This document shows, in pieces, positions 53,480 to 63,067 of a DNA stretch of 64,000 nt. The stretch is from Patescibacteria group bacterium (GTDB lineage Bacteria; Patescibacteriota; Microgenomatia; JAMCZE01). The notes under the pieces are model-generated. The model was not told the DNA's origin. It did no database searches and worked only from the letters and a program-made list of their open reading frames with translations. Position 1 is the first letter of the stretch. Each line of letters starts with the position of its first letter. A program made the position numbers and the translations under genes. The stretch spans positions 11,391 to 75,390 of the forward strand of contig JAMCZE010000007.1 in assembly GCA_023485845.1 (NCBI GenBank), given 5' to 3'.

Positions 53480-55711
53480 ATGGCGAGAGGGGAGAAATGG
53501 AAAGAAGAATTGCAGCAACATTGGCGGGTATTTATGGCCCGGCCGGTGGTCTATCTGCCCGCGATCATCATTGTCGCCCTCATTCTTTGTTTGTTATCTT
53601 TGGTTTGGATCTTAAAAGACCTCCCCTCGCCGGCAGATCTGACTAACCGACCTTTGGCGCAAACCACCAAAATCCTCGACCGCAACGGCAAACTGCTTTA
53701 TGACGTTTTTGTTTCCGAAAATCGGACCGTGGTTCCGCTCTCCGACATTCCTAAAAGCATGCAGCAGGCCACCATTGCCGTTGAGGACAAGAATTTTTAC
53801 ACTAACGTCGGCTTTGATTTTTTCGGCGGCTTTTTGCGGGCGGTCAAAGATATGATCGTCTATCATCAGTTGGAAGGCGGCTCGACCATCACCCAGCAGC
53901 TGATTAAAAACTCCCTGCTCACCCCGGAGCAAACCATCAGCCGAAAAATCCGAGAGTTAATTCTGGCTTTCTGGACGGACCGGATTTATTCCAAGGATCA
54001 GATTCTGGCCATGTATCTTAACCGCATTCCTTACGGCGGCACCGCCTATGGCGTCGAGGAGGCCGCCCAAATTTATTTTAATAAACACGCTAAGGATTTG
54101 GACCTAGCGCAGGCCGCCCTTTTGGCGGGGCTTCCCCAGGCGCCCACCTACTATTCTCCCTTTGGCACCGATCCCAGCCGAGCCGTTGACCGCCAGCACG
54201 AAGTCCTCCAACGCATGGCGGACGACGGCTTTATCACCCAAAGCCAGCTGCAAGCCGCCGAAAGCGAAACCCTAACGTTTGCTTCTCCGTCCGCCGGCAT
54301 TAAGGCGCCGCATTTTGTGGCCTATATCCAGGAACAACTGGTCAATAAATATGGCGAGGCCACCGTGGAACAAGGGGGGCTGAAAGTGACAACCACCCTG
54401 GATTTGGATTTGCAGGAAGCCGTCCAAGCCACTCTTTCTGCTGCCGTGGCCAAACAGGCTGCCCTCAAAGTGGGCAACGGGGCAGCGTTGGTGACCAATC
54501 CTTCCACCGGCGAAATTCTGGCGATGGTCGGCTCGAAAGATTATTTTGCCACCGATGGGGGCAAGGTGAACGTCACTCTGGCCAATCGTTCGCCCGGTTC
54601 CTCCATTAAGCCCCTAAACTACGCCTTGGGTTTTCTCAAAGGTACGACCACCCCGGCCACCCCCTGGATTGACGGGCCGTTTTGTTTCCCACCATCCGGC
54701 GGCAAGCCCTATTGTCCGACGGATTATGATAATAAATGGCACGGGGTGGCCCAAACCCGTTTTGCCCTGGGCAACTCGTTTAACGTCCCGGCTGTTAAGG
54801 AGCTAGCCGTCAACACCGTGTCCGATTTTATTGCCACCGCCAGTGCCATGGGAATCACCACTTTCACCGACCCCTCCCGTTATGGCTATTCTCTCACCCT
54901 GGGCGGGGGCGAAGTGAAAATGGTCGACATGGCCACCGCCTACAGTGTTTTTGCCAACGCCGGCCGAAAAGCGGACTTAGTTTCCATTCTTAAGGTTGAA
55001 GACGCCAACGGCAAAGTGTTGGAAGACAACACCGCTAAACTAGCCGCCTTAACCAAAGAACAGAATATTCCCTGGGACGGCTCCCGGCCTTGGATCCCCC
55101 ATGGTAACTGGATCCTACCTTCAGAGGTGACCTATTTAATCTCCCATATTCTGCTGGATGACAGCGCCCGGTCGGAAACCTTTGGCGCCGGGTCGATTTT
55201 AAATGTTCATGGGCTGCCCGTGTCCGTGAAAACCGGCACCACCGAGGACAAGCGGGACAACTGGACCATTGGCTACACCAGCGGGCAAAATAATCGGCTG
55301 GTGGCGGTTTGGGTAGGCAATAACGACAACTCGCCGATGTCCCCCTATTTGGAATCCGGCAACACCGGGGCGGCGCCCATCTGGCATGACATTATGGACT
55401 ACACTTTGCGGGCCTTAACAGTCCAGTGGCCCGCCATGCCCAGTGGTGTTGTTTTCACCCAGGTCTGCTCGCTTTCTGGACTGCTGCCCGACCACGACTG
55501 CCCCCAACGGGGGGAATATTTCATTAAGGCCTTTGCCCCGACACAAAAAGATGATGTTTGGAACCAGAAAAAAAGCATTACTGTCTTTAAGGACACCCAC
55601 AAACAGCCGGGACCAAATGACCATCCCGACCCGTCCCAGCTGACCCAAGAAGACCACATCGTTATCTCCGATCTCCTCCAAAAAGACTTCTGCGTCGACT
55701 GCCCACTATAG
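53480..55711 (+). CDS. Class A penicillin-binding protein (transglycosylase-transpeptidase)
   Basis: EDKNF, GSTITQQL, RKIRE, SSIK, SFN and KTG motifs. Confidence 0.95.
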   Translation: MARGEKWKEELQQHWRVFMARPVVYLPAIIIVALILCLLSLVWILKDLPSPADLTNRPLAQTTKILDRNGKLLYDVFVSENRTVVPLSDIPKSMQQATIAVEDKNFYTNVGFDFFGGFLRAVKDMIVYHQLEGGSTITQQLIKNSLLTPEQTISRKIRELILAFWTDRIYSKDQILAMYLNRIPYGGTAYGVEEAAQIYFNKHAKDLDLAQAALLAGLPQAPTYYSPFGTDPSRAVDRQHEVLQRMADDGFITQSQLQAAESETLTFASPSAGIKAPHFVAYIQEQLVNKYGEATVEQGGLKVTTTLDLDLQEAVQATLSAAVAKQAALKVGNGAALVTNPSTGEILAMVGSKDYFATDGGKVNVTLANRSPGSSIKPLNYALGFLKGTTTPATPWIDGPFCFPPSGGKPYCPTDYDNKWHGVAQTRFALGNSFNVPAVKELAVNTVSDFIATASAMGITTFTDPSRYGYSLTLGGGEVKMVDMATAYSVFANAGRKADLVSILKVEDANGKVLEDNTAKLAALTKEQNIPWDGSRPWIPHGNWILPSEVTYLISHILLDDSARSETFGAGSILNVHGLPVSVKTGTTEDKRDNWTIGYTSGQNNRLVAVWVGNNDNSPMSPYLESGNTGAAPIWHDIMDYTLRALTVQWPAMPSGVVFTQVCSLSGLLPDHDCPQRGEYFIKAFAPTQKDDVWNQKKSITVFKDTHKQPGPNDHPDPSQLTQEDHIVISDLLQKDFCVDCPL

Positions 55712-55753
55712 TTTGGTCATTGACAAATAATATCCTTTGTCATAAAATAACTT

Positions 55754-56029
55754 GTGAAATATTACGACTGGAACGAAGAGAAAAATCAAAAACTAAAAAC
55801 AGAGCGTGATATTTCATTAGAGGAAATTATAAACGCGATAGAAAGCAACGGATTGCTTGATGAAATCGAGAATCCGCACAAAGAAAAGTACAAAAGTCAA
55901 AAAATGTACGTGGTAGAAATCGATAATTATATTTATCTTGTTCCGTTTGTCGAGTATGAAGAAAAGATTTTTCTAAAAACAATTTTCCCAAGCAGAAAGG
56001 CAACGAAAAAATATTTAATAGAAAAATGA
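55754..56029 (+). CDS. BrnT/DUF4258-like toxin
   Basis: WNEEKNQKLK.ER and LKTIFPSRK motifs. Confidence 0.85.
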   Translation: MKYYDWNEEKNQKLKTERDISLEEIINAIESNGLLDEIENPHKEKYKSQKMYVVEIDNYIYLVPFVEYEEKIFLKTIFPSRKATKKYLIEK

Positions 56030-56292
56030 AATATTACGATTTAGATGAAGAGGAAAAAGAGCTCCTTGAAGCCTATGACAAGGGAGAATTCCAGTCTGTC
56101 AAGAACCTTGCGGTTGAGAAGAAACGCCTGCAGAAAATTGCCCGAGACACATTGGCCAAAATTAAAAATGTTAATTTGAGATTGTCCCAAAAGACTCTCA
56201 TTAAACTTAGGGCAAGAGCGGCTGAGGAAGGCCTGCCCTATCAAACCCTTGCCGCCTCCGTTCTCCACCGCTACGCGATGGGAAGTCTTTAA
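56026..56292 (+). CDS. CopG/RHH antitoxin
   Basis: VNLRLS...RAAEEGLPYQTL. Confidence 0.85.
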   Translation: MKYYDLDEEEKELLEAYDKGEFQSVKNLAVEKKRLQKIARDTLAKIKNVNLRLSQKTLIKLRARAAEEGLPYQTLAASVLHRYAMGSL

Positions 56293-56365
56293 AAGATTTT
56301 TGCGTCGACTGCCGTTGCAACATACATCACTTGACAAAATAGATGACATATGCTAGCATTGGTTA

Positions 56366-56641
56366 ATGTTAAAGATTCCGAAACAAATTTATTTTGACGA
56401 GCCGACACTAATGCTCTACAGCCAATACGCCAGGCAGCAGAATATTTCCTTTGCCGCAGCCGTCAGAAACACTCTCGCCGCCCATCCACCGAAATTAAGC
56501 CAAGTTAAGAAAACATCAATTCTGAATTTTTATGGGGCGGGAAAAAGTCCTTATAAAAGAAAGTTTTCCGCCAGGGAAGAACGGGAAATAGCTGCGAAAA
56601 TCATAGGCGAAAATGCGGCTAGAGAAGGGCTGTATGACTAA
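56366..56641 (+). CDS. Putative RHH antitoxin
   Basis: QIYF...ARQQNISFAAAVR; overlaps the PIN gene. Confidence 0.7.
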   Translation: MLKIPKQIYFDEPTLMLYSQYARQQNISFAAAVRNTLAAHPPKLSQVKKTSILNFYGAGKSPYKRKFSAREEREIAAKIIGENAAREGLYD

Positions 56642-57044
56642 ATATTTCGCGGACACTAATATTTTTGTCCGATACTACCTTAAAGATGACGAAAAATTAA
56701 GCCCGTTGGCACAGAAAATTATCCAAAACTGCCTTAACGGAAAATATTCCTTAGTAATTTGTGCCGTCACCCTTCTGGAAACTGTTTGGATTTTGGGGTC
56801 CTTTTATAAACAACCTAAAGATAAGCTCGTCAATTTTCTGGAAAATATTCTCGAGATCAAAAATTTAACCGTTGCTGACCAAGACCTTACGAAAACTATG
56901 TTTCTAACTTATAGGTCAACAAACGTTGATATTACCGACTCCTATTTTAGTGCCCTCATGGACCAAGAGAAAATCAAAGAAATTTTTTCTTTTGACCGAG
57001 ATTTTGACAAAATCCCCTCCATAAAGCGCCTCGAAAAACTCTAA
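56634..57044 (+). CDS. vapC: VapC PIN-domain toxin
   Basis: DTNIFVR, E, D and SFDRDF motifs. Confidence 0.9.
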   Translation: MTKYFADTNIFVRYYLKDDEKLSPLAQKIIQNCLNGKYSLVICAVTLLETVWILGSFYKQPKDKLVNFLENILEIKNLTVADQDLTKTMFLTYRSTNVDITDSYFSALMDQEKIKEIFSFDRDFDKIPSIKRLEKL

Positions 57045-57143
57045 TCTTATCCTCTCATTTTGACCTCTTGCTTCCGGGAAAGTTAATTTGTAATATCCGG
57101 TTAAGCCTTGGGAAGCATTTCCTCAATTATTTTGATTTGAGAA

Positions 57144-59417
57144 ATGCCAAAGAAAAAGTATGCCAAAACATCGCGGCTAAATCCCTTGCTGTTTGCCGGC
57201 AAAATCCTCATTGCCATCGGCACACCCCCTCTGTTTGCCATTAAAATCTTAATTTGGACTGTCATTTGGCTGGCAAAAACCGGCACCGGGCTGGTCCGGG
57301 AATCATTTGATCTTTTCATTTCCGTCGGAAACTTTTTTTTCTGGCTAGCCAAAACCGTCATCACTGCGGGCAAAGATTTTTCCAAAATCACTTTTAAAAA
57401 ATCTCGGAAAATTAAAGCTCCCAAAATTAAGCTTCCGGTTCTTCCCGCCCTTCCCCATATTCCAATTCCAAATATCCGCCGCGATTATCTGTTAATTTTT
57501 CTTGGCTTCTTGTTAGCCATCCCCCTATTAGTCGTTCCTGTCTGGGCCAAAACCGAGCTGGACCAACTGCCCGACCCGACGCTTTTGTCTAACCGGGACA
57601 TTCCCGTGTCCACAAAAATCTACGACCGCAATGGGATTTTGCTTTACCAAATTTATTCCGGGGAAAACCGGACGTTAGTTGATTTAAATCAACTGCCAAA
57701 ATATGTCGCCGAGGCGACGATTGCGATTGAGGACAAAAATTTTTATCACCATCTTGGTTTTGACCCGCAGGGAATTGTCCGGGCTGCGTTTGCCAATGCC
57801 GCCGGCGCCCCCACTCAGGGTGGTTCCACTCTCACCCAACAATTAGTCAAAGATGTGCTGCTAACGCCCACAAAAACCATCTCCCGGAAAATTAAGGAAG
57901 TGATTTTGGCTTTTTGGGCAGAACGGATTTATTCCAAAGACCAAATTCTCACGATGTATTTAAATCAAGTCCCTTACGGTGGAGCGGCCTATGGCATTGA
58001 TGCCGCCGCCCAAACCTACTTTGGGAAATCGGCGAAAGATTTGGATTTGGCGCAGACCGCCCTTTTGGCTGGACTGCCGTCGGCTCCCTCGGTTTATTCC
58101 CCGTTTGGCACCCATCCGGAATTGGCCAAAGAGCGCCAACAGCAAGTTCTGGAGGCAATGGTCAACCAAAACTACATCACCCCGGCCCAAGCCGACGCGG
58201 CCGCCAACGAAGAGTTGAAATTTAACAGCCAGGAAATCAGCATTAAAGCGCCGCACTTTGTCATGTTTGTTAAGGACTATCTCGCCCAAAAATATGGTCT
58301 GTCGGCCGTGGAACGGGGCGGGCTGGAAGTGACCACTTCGTTGGACTATCCCACTTATGAAGCGGTGGCCAAAATGGTGGCCGACGGAGTGGCCGCCCAG
58401 GCTGGTCTTAATGTCCACAATGGAGCGGCCTTAGTGACTGACCCCGCCACCGGAGAAATTTTGGCCATGGTTGGTTCCACCGATTTTTTTAATCTAAAAA
58501 ACGACGGCAACGTTAATGTCACTTTGGCCAACCGCAGCCCTGGTTCCTCAATTAAGCCGTTAAATTATGCTTTGGCTTTTGAGCGGGGACTAATCACCCC
58601 GGCCACGGTGATTGATGACACCCGGACGACTTTTGCCGCTCCCGGCACCACCCCCTACACGCCGCAAAACTACGATAACCGTTTCCATGGCCCGGTGTCC
58701 GCCCGAGTGGCCCTGGCCTCTTCCTATAATGTCCCTGCGGTGAAAGTGCTCCAAAAAAACGGCGTAGATAATTTCATTGACTTCGCCCAAAAACTGGGGA
58801 TCACCACCTGGACGGACCGCAGCCGCTTTGGCCTTTCTTTGACTTTGGGCGGCGGAGAGGTGAAAATGACGGATATGGCCACCGCCTACAGTGCTTTTGC
58901 TAACGGCGGCAATCGGGTGGATTTAAAACCAGTGCTGGAAGTTAAAGACTTTCGGAGCAATGTTTTGGAAGATAACCGCGGCAATTCTAATCGAACCGCG
59001 GTTTTGTCACCGCAGACCGCCTTTTTAATTAGCAGCATTCTTTCCGACAACAGCGCTCGGACGCCAACCTTTGGACCAGCCAGCCCCTTGATTATTCCCG
59101 GCCACAGTGTCGCGGTCAAAACCGGCACCACCGAGGACAAACGGGACAACTGGACCATTGGCTACACGCCAGATTTGTTAGCCGCCGTCTGGGTAGGCAA
59201 TAACGATAATTCGCCGATGTCCCCTTATTTGGAATCCGGTAACACCGGGGCAGCAGCGATTTGGAATCCGATTATGAGTTATCTTTTAGCCAACAAGCCG
59301 GATGTTGGTTTTGCCGTCCCTGAGGGAATTGTCAGCCAACAAATCTGTGTGGCTTCGGAAAGCGCCCGGGTGGAGTACTTTCGCTCCGGCACCCAACCTG
59401 CGCCATGCAATCACTAA
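57144..59417 (+). CDS. Class A penicillin-binding protein, second paralog
   Basis: EDKNF, GSTLTQQL, RKIKE, SSIK, SYN and KTG motifs. Confidence 0.95.
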   Translation: MPKKKYAKTSRLNPLLFAGKILIAIGTPPLFAIKILIWTVIWLAKTGTGLVRESFDLFISVGNFFFWLAKTVITAGKDFSKITFKKSRKIKAPKIKLPVLPALPHIPIPNIRRDYLLIFLGFLLAIPLLVVPVWAKTELDQLPDPTLLSNRDIPVSTKIYDRNGILLYQIYSGENRTLVDLNQLPKYVAEATIAIEDKNFYHHLGFDPQGIVRAAFANAAGAPTQGGSTLTQQLVKDVLLTPTKTISRKIKEVILAFWAERIYSKDQILTMYLNQVPYGGAAYGIDAAAQTYFGKSAKDLDLAQTALLAGLPSAPSVYSPFGTHPELAKERQQQVLEAMVNQNYITPAQADAAANEELKFNSQEISIKAPHFVMFVKDYLAQKYGLSAVERGGLEVTTSLDYPTYEAVAKMVADGVAAQAGLNVHNGAALVTDPATGEILAMVGSTDFFNLKNDGNVNVTLANRSPGSSIKPLNYALAFERGLITPATVIDDTRTTFAAPGTTPYTPQNYDNRFHGPVSARVALASSYNVPAVKVLQKNGVDNFIDFAQKLGITTWTDRSRFGLSLTLGGGEVKMTDMATAYSAFANGGNRVDLKPVLEVKDFRSNVLEDNRGNSNRTAVLSPQTAFLISSILSDNSARTPTFGPASPLIIPGHSVAVKTGTTEDKRDNWTIGYTPDLLAAVWVGNNDNSPMSPYLESGNTGAAAIWNPIMSYLLANKPDVGFAVPEGIVSQQICVASESARVEYFRSGTQPAPCNH

Positions 59418-59704
59418 GCTCCCGCGGACTGAAAATTGTTATTCTCCGGCATTTTTTCCATAATCCACATTCTGATCAGTTGTGTCGGTCCTAAGCCTTT
59501 TTTTGAGGCTTGCGACCTAACGTTGTGAAGAGTCTGCGGATCCAAACGAATATTAAGGGTCGCTGATAAGTTTTTAGCAAACTTCACTTTAATCGGCTTA
59601 GCAGTAGCTCTTACTTGCTTAATATTTTTCTCCCAAAAAGCCGCTTCTTTTTCTCTATCTCTAAAAATAGACTCGTCTGGTTCTAATATCTTAAAATTGG
59701 ACAT
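59414..59704 (-). CDS. BrnA/CopG-like antitoxin
   Basis: EAAFWE...LNIRL...GLGPTQLIRMWIMEK. Confidence 0.82.
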   Translation of the reverse strand: MSNFKILEPDESIFRDREKEAAFWEKNIKQVRATAKPIKVKFAKNLSATLNIRLDPQTLHNVRSQASKKGLGPTQLIRMWIMEKMPENNNFQSAGA

Positions 59705-59966
59705 CTTGCACCTCGCTTTCAAATGCGGTAATTACGTAATAAATTCCTTCTTCATACGGCTGTGAATCTCTATCTTCAGATGACAATATTACAGTAACCA
59801 TTTTCCCTGATTTTGTTTTGCCATCAAGAACGATCCTTTTTCGGAAACTTTCCCCGGTTTTATATTTACCATGGCAAACTTCTTCAACTTCCTCGATGGT
59901 AATTCTATGTTTATCTAGATGCTCTCGATTCCAATCATCCCAAATGAGACCATTCACAACTACCAT
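59691..59966 (-). CDS. BrnT-like toxin
   Basis: WDDWNREHLDKH.IT.EEVEE and YVITA motifs. Confidence 0.85.
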   Translation of the reverse strand: MVVVNGLIWDDWNREHLDKHRITIEEVEEVCHGKYKTGESFRKRIVLDGKTKSGKMVTVILSSEDRDSQPYEEGIYYVITAFESEVQDVQF

Positions 59967-60066
59967 CTTCCGATAAGTGTAGCACATTGTGACACAATGT
60001 CAAGGGGGAAATTTTAAGCGTGACGGTCGGCCACGTTAGAAGCGGCGAAGGAATCAGGCTTATTGC

Positions 60067-60984
60067 TTATTTACCATGTCTTATCTCCACTCCCAATGGC
60101 CCTTTCTTTCCCGTCTTGTCCTCCCAAATAATCCCATACTTTAATCCCATATTTATTAACACTTTTTCTTTCCAGGAAGGTTCAGCGGTCCAACCATATG
60201 CCTCTTCATCAAATATCTTTAGTATGCCATCGGGCTTGAGGACTCTGAGCGCCTCTTCAAGATAATCTCTGAAGATTGGTTCTTCCTCTTCTCCGGCGTG
60301 AGACTCGTGCCTGCCGGTATATCTGCTTACGGCCGTTATATCTAGAACCAAATCGAAAGAGCCATTCGCAAATGGCAGTGCGTGGGCAAAAGCCGCTAAC
60401 GCCCTTTGGTCATGATAGTCACCTGCTTCTTCCAATGGATATTCTTGGGGAATACCTTTAAGACGATCAACCAAACTGGCCAACACTGATTTTTTAGGAG
60501 GCTGGTATTCCTTAAGAAATTCTTTTGATAAGCCGGAAATATTTTCTTTGTAGCCAGTCAAGGATAACTTCGGTTCCAAAGAAATAATCGAGCAATCAAT
60601 GTGACGAAGATAGGCTTCCCTGGCTAAAATGCCCCTTCCTGAACCAAGATCAAGAATTTTTTTCCCTTTTAATTCATTGATTAAATCCTCCGTATTGGAA
60701 TAACCTAAACAATCGGCATAGTGATCAATACCCCCAGAGGCATCCGAAAGCCAATAAACCTGTAACTCTTTATAAATTCTTTGGAAGTCAATATCAAAGG
60801 ACTTGGCATCAGAATAACCAAAAAGCAATGGCAATTGGTCTTCGGGAACCTCCTTCCTGTCCACAAAATACTGAACTAGAGGTGGTCCCCCATGAGAATC
60901 ATATGCCACCGCCTGAGAAAATCCGTGCCTGCTTAGAACTGATCTTAAATCTAAAATTTCCGTTTCGGAATGAGTTTGCTCCAT
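60067..60984 (-). CDS. Class I SAM-dependent methyltransferase
   Basis: ILDLGSGRG, LPFANGSFDLV and RVLKPDG motifs. Confidence 0.88.
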   Translation of the reverse strand: MEQTHSETEILDLRSVLSRHGFSQAVAYDSHGGPPLVQYFVDRKEVPEDQLPLLFGYSDAKSFDIDFQRIYKELQVYWLSDASGGIDHYADCLGYSNTEDLINELKGKKILDLGSGRGILAREAYLRHIDCSIISLEPKLSLTGYKENISGLSKEFLKEYQPPKKSVLASLVDRLKGIPQEYPLEEAGDYHDQRALAAFAHALPFANGSFDLVLDITAVSRYTGRHESHAGEEEEPIFRDYLEEALRVLKPDGILKIFDEEAYGWTAEPSWKEKVLINMGLKYGIIWEDKTGKKGPLGVEIRHGK

Positions 60985-61023
60985 AATTTAATTATAGAAC
61001 TGGGCAAGCTAAAAATCCTGATT

Positions 61024-61518
61024 TTAGGTGTGCCGGTCGGCCACGTTGGAGGCGGCGAAGGAATCAGGTTTGGTTTTACAGATAAAGCCACTACCCTTAA
61101 TCATCCCGACGATCTCGTTAATCATCATCCTGGTCTCTCCACCCATGCCCACATCGACATGAATTTCCAAAAATTTTTCCAGCGGCAAGTCACGCTTTTT
61201 AAACTCCTCCAACAAACGCTGGGCTAAGGATAAGGAATAGGTAGCTTCTTCATACATCCGCTGACGCAAATCCTTAATGCCATCCTTGGTCTGCTGGCCC
61301 CAAAAATAGACGCCGCCGTGGCCGACATGATGAACAACAACGGCCGACACGAAATGAGCGGAATTTTTACCCACCAGTTCCGAATCCGTGCCAACAACAA
61401 CCCGGAAGTGTGAGTTATTCTCATTTTTGATAAATTCCAGCGTCCTTTCCGCCACGCCCGCCGAATCCATGTTGCCATGGGTCGGAGACCGAAAGCTATC
61501 AATATGGTGATCCGTCAT
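61024..61518 (-). CDS. RNase H-like YkuK/DUF458 family protein
   Basis: GTDS, EIHVDVG and KPDSFAAS.VADR motifs. Confidence 0.88.
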   Translation of the reverse strand: MTDHHIDSFRSPTHGNMDSAGVAERTLEFIKNENNSHFRVVVGTDSELVGKNSAHFVSAVVVHHVGHGGVYFWGQQTKDGIKDLRQRMYEEATYSLSLAQRLLEEFKKRDLPLEKFLEIHVDVGMGGETRMMINEIVGMIKGSGFICKTKPDSFAASNVADRHT

Positions 61519-61614
61519 AGACTTGCTTGGAGTATTGTTAGCCTATCACCCGCGAAGCAACAATAGTATACAATAAGCCATTAATGGTGAGCAAGTTTTT
61601 GCAGAGCGCAGCCT

Positions 61615-62181
61615 ATGCATAAATTTACGACTGATGAGTTGGTGGCGCAAAAACCGAAGGATATTCTGACCCAACCCAGAAATCCGATTATTTTTATTCT
61701 TCACAATCTGCGTTCTTTGGAAAATGTCGGTCTATTTTTTCGTCTGGCCGACGCCATCCGGGCCGAAAAAATCTATTTAACTGGCTACACCGGCTATCCA
61801 AGATTGCCCAATGACTCGCGAGAAGAAAGAATCATTGCCCACGCCGAGAGGGAAATCAATAAAACGGCAATTAAGCTAGTCCCCGCCGTTGCCTGGGAAA
61901 GCCGGGAGGATATTAGCGGATTAATAACAGATTTACGCGGATTGAAAACTCAAGTTGTTGCCGTGGAACAAACGGATTCCAGTGTTGAGTTCACTAAGGC
62001 AACCTACCATTTTCCGGTCGCTTTAATCTTCGGCCACGAACGCACCGGTATAGAAGAGGATATTCTGGAAAAATCAGACTTGATTGTGAACATTCCCATG
62101 CTGGGCCTAGGTAATTCTCACAACGTGGCCATGTCCGCCGCCATCATCAGCTACCATTTGCTTCAAAAACTCCCTGTTTGA
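61615..62181 (+). CDS. SpoU/TrmH-family RNA methyltransferase
   Basis: NVG..FR, FGHE.. G and IPMLG..NSHNV motifs. Confidence 0.92.
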   Translation: MHKFTTDELVAQKPKDILTQPRNPIIFILHNLRSLENVGLFFRLADAIRAEKIYLTGYTGYPRLPNDSREERIIAHAEREINKTAIKLVPAVAWESREDISGLITDLRGLKTQVVAVEQTDSSVEFTKATYHFPVALIFGHERTGIEEDILEKSDLIVNIPMLGLGNSHNVAMSAAIISYHLLQKLPV

Positions 62182-62212
62182 CAAAGTGTATATTTAAATG
62201 TACACTTCAACC

Positions 62213-62476
62213 ATGCAATATATCACCACCACCCAACTTCGCACGATGACGACGGATTTGATTGCCAGCCTGGCGGCCGGAGAAAGTGTGGAGCTGGTCC
62301 ACCGCTCGAAAATCGTCGGGGAAATAAAACCCAAAAAATTGGATCCCCGACCATTTGACCCGAATGAATTTTTTCGGATAATGAAGGGGTCAAAACTTAA
62401 AAAGTACACCACGGCCCAGATGGAGAGGAACTATCGTGAGCATATTATGAAAAAGTATGGCCAGGGTTTTTCTTGA
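62213..62476 (+). CDS. Phd/YefM-like antitoxin
   Basis: ITTTQLR...GESVELVHRSK; palindromic operator 62184-62207 upstream. Confidence 0.78.
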   Translation: MQYITTTQLRTMTTDLIASLAAGESVELVHRSKIVGEIKPKKLDPRPFDPNEFFRIMKGSKLKKYTTAQMERNYREHIMKKYGQGFS

Positions 62477-62834
62477 CACTAACTGGTATTTTGACATTGC
62501 CAAACGGGACAAAGAGAAAGTTGGGCTTTTAAAAGGACACCTGGTTTTTATTTCGACCCTTTCCACCTATATTCTCTTTTACGCGTTTAAACTTAAGGTC
62601 CCCAACGTAGAGGCCAATCAAACCCAGGAACTGCTTTTCCCCGTCGCTCTATCAAAGGAAATTCTTGATCGGGCTTTGGACGGACCGACGACTGACTTGG
62701 AAGATAATATCCAACTCCAGTCTACGACGGAATCCAGCTGTGATTATTTTTTAACTAACGACAAGAATCTTTTGAAAATGAAATTCTTCGGCAAGGCACA
62801 AATTCTCCCCGCCCTTCCCGCGGCCGGCAATTAG
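62457..62834 (+). CDS. vapC: VapC PIN-domain toxin
   Basis: FLDTN, DLEDNIQ and FLTND motifs. Confidence 0.87.
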   Translation: MARVFLDTNWYFDIAKRDKEKVGLLKGHLVFISTLSTYILFYAFKLKVPNVEANQTQELLFPVALSKEILDRALDGPTTDLEDNIQLQSTTESSCDYFLTNDKNLLKMKFFGKAQILPALPAAGN

Positions 62835-63067
62835 GCTAGGATCACCGCCAAAAAGAAGAGAAAGGCAGCAGCAAGGATTTGAGACAGGGCAATTAGTTTC
62901 ACAATCGGGGAAATCTTGCTATCCAGCACCTGGGTCATTAAGGAGATTTGCCGATAGACCACCAGGGCAAACACCAGGTAGAAAAGCCCGACCACACTAA
63001 AGAACAATTTGGTTAACAGCCCAAATTGCAGGACGCCCAAAATGTCGCCGACTTCACTGGGTCCCAT
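62831..63067 (-). CDS. Small two-TM membrane protein
   Basis: Hydrophobic; Y..FA.VV.RQ..LM pattern. Confidence 0.7.
   Translation of the reverse strand: MGPSEVGDILGVLQFGLLTKLFFSVVGLFYLVFALVVYRQISLMTQVLDSKISPIVKLIALSQILAAAFLFFLAVILA

Noticed and set aside
57333-57340. Poly-T run in the PBP N-terminal region
   Set aside because: It encodes Phe-Phe-Phe in a hydrophobic segment and the frame is intact.
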